Below, piece by piece: positions 62,910 through 64,000 of a stretch of DNA of 64,000 nt. The translations under genes and the position numbers were made by a program. Position 1 is the stretch's first letter, and every line of letters begins with the position of its first letter. Where the stretch lies: assembly GCA_934467415.1 (NCBI GenBank), contig CAKSLQ010000011.1, forward strand, positions 22,581-86,580, read 5' to 3'. Below the pieces are notes generated by a model, which made no database searches, was not told the origin of the DNA, and worked only from the letters and a program-made list of their open reading frames with translations. The stretch is from an uncultured Eubacteriales bacterium. GTDB taxonomy: Bacteria; Bacillota; Clostridia; Oscillospirales; CAG-272.

Positions 62910-64000
62910 TTTCCCAGACGGTCGTCCTCCGTGGATTGATTTTTGAGAAGATTTGATACTTCCCAAGCCAGATAATCGCTGACTGTTTTCTTGAAATCTT
63001 CAAGTGTCGGTTTTGTGTCTATCGGCGCCGTCTGGTTCCAATCCGCGCCGTTTTCGGGGTCTATTTTGCCTTCGTAGTATTCTTTTTCGGTAAAAATATT
63101 CAGCTTTGATTTGCCGAAACGCACCAAGTCGACAAGCTCGGCATATCGCTCTTTTGCGTGGTCGGTATCTCGCAGGTTACAGCTTGCCTTTTTGCGATTT
63201 GTTCGCGTATATCCGTCAACAGAGAAATCGATGAACTTTACGGTGTCGTCTTTCTGGTGTGCTTCTCCGATGCGGAAAACATAGACATTCGTCTGAACGC
63301 TGGATTTGCCGATAAAAAGGTCTATCGGCATTTTGATGCTTGCAAGCAGAGTGCTGTGTTTCAAAATTCTCTTGTTATATTCCGTTGCTTTGCCGCTGCC
63401 TGCGGAATTCTGGATGATAATTGCGGCGTAGCCTTTGCTCATCATCGAGAGGGCTTTTTCAACGAAAACCATTCCATTGCCCGGCGCAGAATACGGCGGA
63501 TTCAGGACAAAAGCATCTGCCGGGAACTTTTCATCCGTTTTGCTGAAGCCGTAATGACCGTTAAATTCTTTCAGAGAGTCCTTGTTCAGAATATTAGAGC
63601 TGCCGTCGCCCATCAGAATCATATTGAGGATAGCAAGCATATAAACTTCCGAAAGAATTTCAAGACCGAGCAGCTGATTAGCCTTTATTTCGGCAGATTT
63701 TAGTGCAAAGGCATCTGGGGATTTTATCTTTTCTTTAGCATCTATCAGCATCTCATTCATAGACGCGACGAGAAGCCCGGCCGAACCGGTTGCAAAATCC
63801 CACACATAAGAATCCTTGTTTACCCTTGCGAGTCTTGCCAAAAGGGTGGCAACATAGGAAGGCGTCAGCACAACATCATTCAGCTTGTCCTGTGAAAAGC
63901 CGAGCCAGCTGTACATTTCATTAAACAATTTTCCGGTAAAATCGGTGCTTAAACCAATTTTATAGTAAATGCCGAGATCGTCGATGATTTTTGTAAATAC
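62906..64000 (-). CDS. hsdM: Type I restriction-modification N6-adenine DNA methyltransferase, truncated by the window end
   Basis: Motifs FATGSAGLLV (AdoMet binding) and LNPPYS (catalytic NPPY). The reading frame stays open from 63928 to 64000 (VFTKIIDDLGIYYKIGLSTDFTGK...), so the true start lies outside the window. Confidence 0.8.
   Translation of the reverse strand, partial: VFTKIIDDLGIYYKIGLSTDFTGKLFNEMYSWLGFSQDKLNDVVLTPSYVATLLARLARVNKDSYVWDFATGSAGLLVASMNEMLIDAKEKIKSPDAFALKSAEIKANQLLGLEILSEVYMLAILNMILMGDGSSNILNKDSLKEFNGHYGFSKTDEKFPADAFVLNPPYSAPGNGMVFVEKALSMMSKGYAAIIIQNSAGSGKATEYNKRILKHSTLLASIKMPIDLFIGKSSVQTNVYVFRIGEAHQKDDTVKFIDFSVDGYTRTNRKKASCNLRDTDHAKERYAELVDLVRFGKSKLNIFTEKEYYEGKIDPENGADWNQTAPIDTKPTLEDFKKTVSDYLAWEVSNLLKNQSTEDDRLGK

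Overview
GC-rich chromosomal segment, probably from a Gram-positive anaerobe. SLH domains, dockerin-like tails, lipobox lipoproteins and Firmicutes-type sigma-A promoters point to Clostridia/Oscillospirales, but that taxon guess is inference only. All domain calls come from reading motifs in the translated ORFs; no search tools were run.

Layout:
- 1-3.6 kb: truncated AEC transporter, TepA/ClpP-like protease, and a tight pduL / NifU-like / GGGtGRT operon.
- 3.7-39.6 kb: a large accessory glycan-utilisation region. It holds six paralogous secreted beta-helix-like proteins carrying nine copies of one N-terminal module, including three tandem ~910-950 aa SGNH-esterase proteins with dockerin-like tails.
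- The same region holds two GH43 paralogs, a DUF5696-like enzyme, an SLH-BNR-CBM9-like protein, a LacI-controlled amino-sugar operon with a ribose-type ABC transporter, an AraC regulator and an orphan solute-binding protein. argG and argH sit in the middle.
- 39.7-45.5 kb: a DUF3798/BMP-type ABC operon.
- 45.6-61.5 kb: housekeeping genes (mscS, hisS, ABC exporter, HK/RR/htrA, ruvX, queA, dapA, guaA), interspersed with four copies of a modular GC-rich hairpin repeat.
- 61.6-64 kb: an abrupt AT-rich island carrying a type I R-M system (hsdS, and hsdM truncated by the window end).

The most unusual signal is two unannotated 55-59 aa peptide genes with a shared N-terminal motif. Each lies immediately downstream of a paralogous secreted beta-helix-like protein and is closed off by its own terminator.

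Many long ORFs in the track are antisense artefacts of the high GC content. No rRNA, tRNA, CRISPR array, transposase or integrase was recognised.
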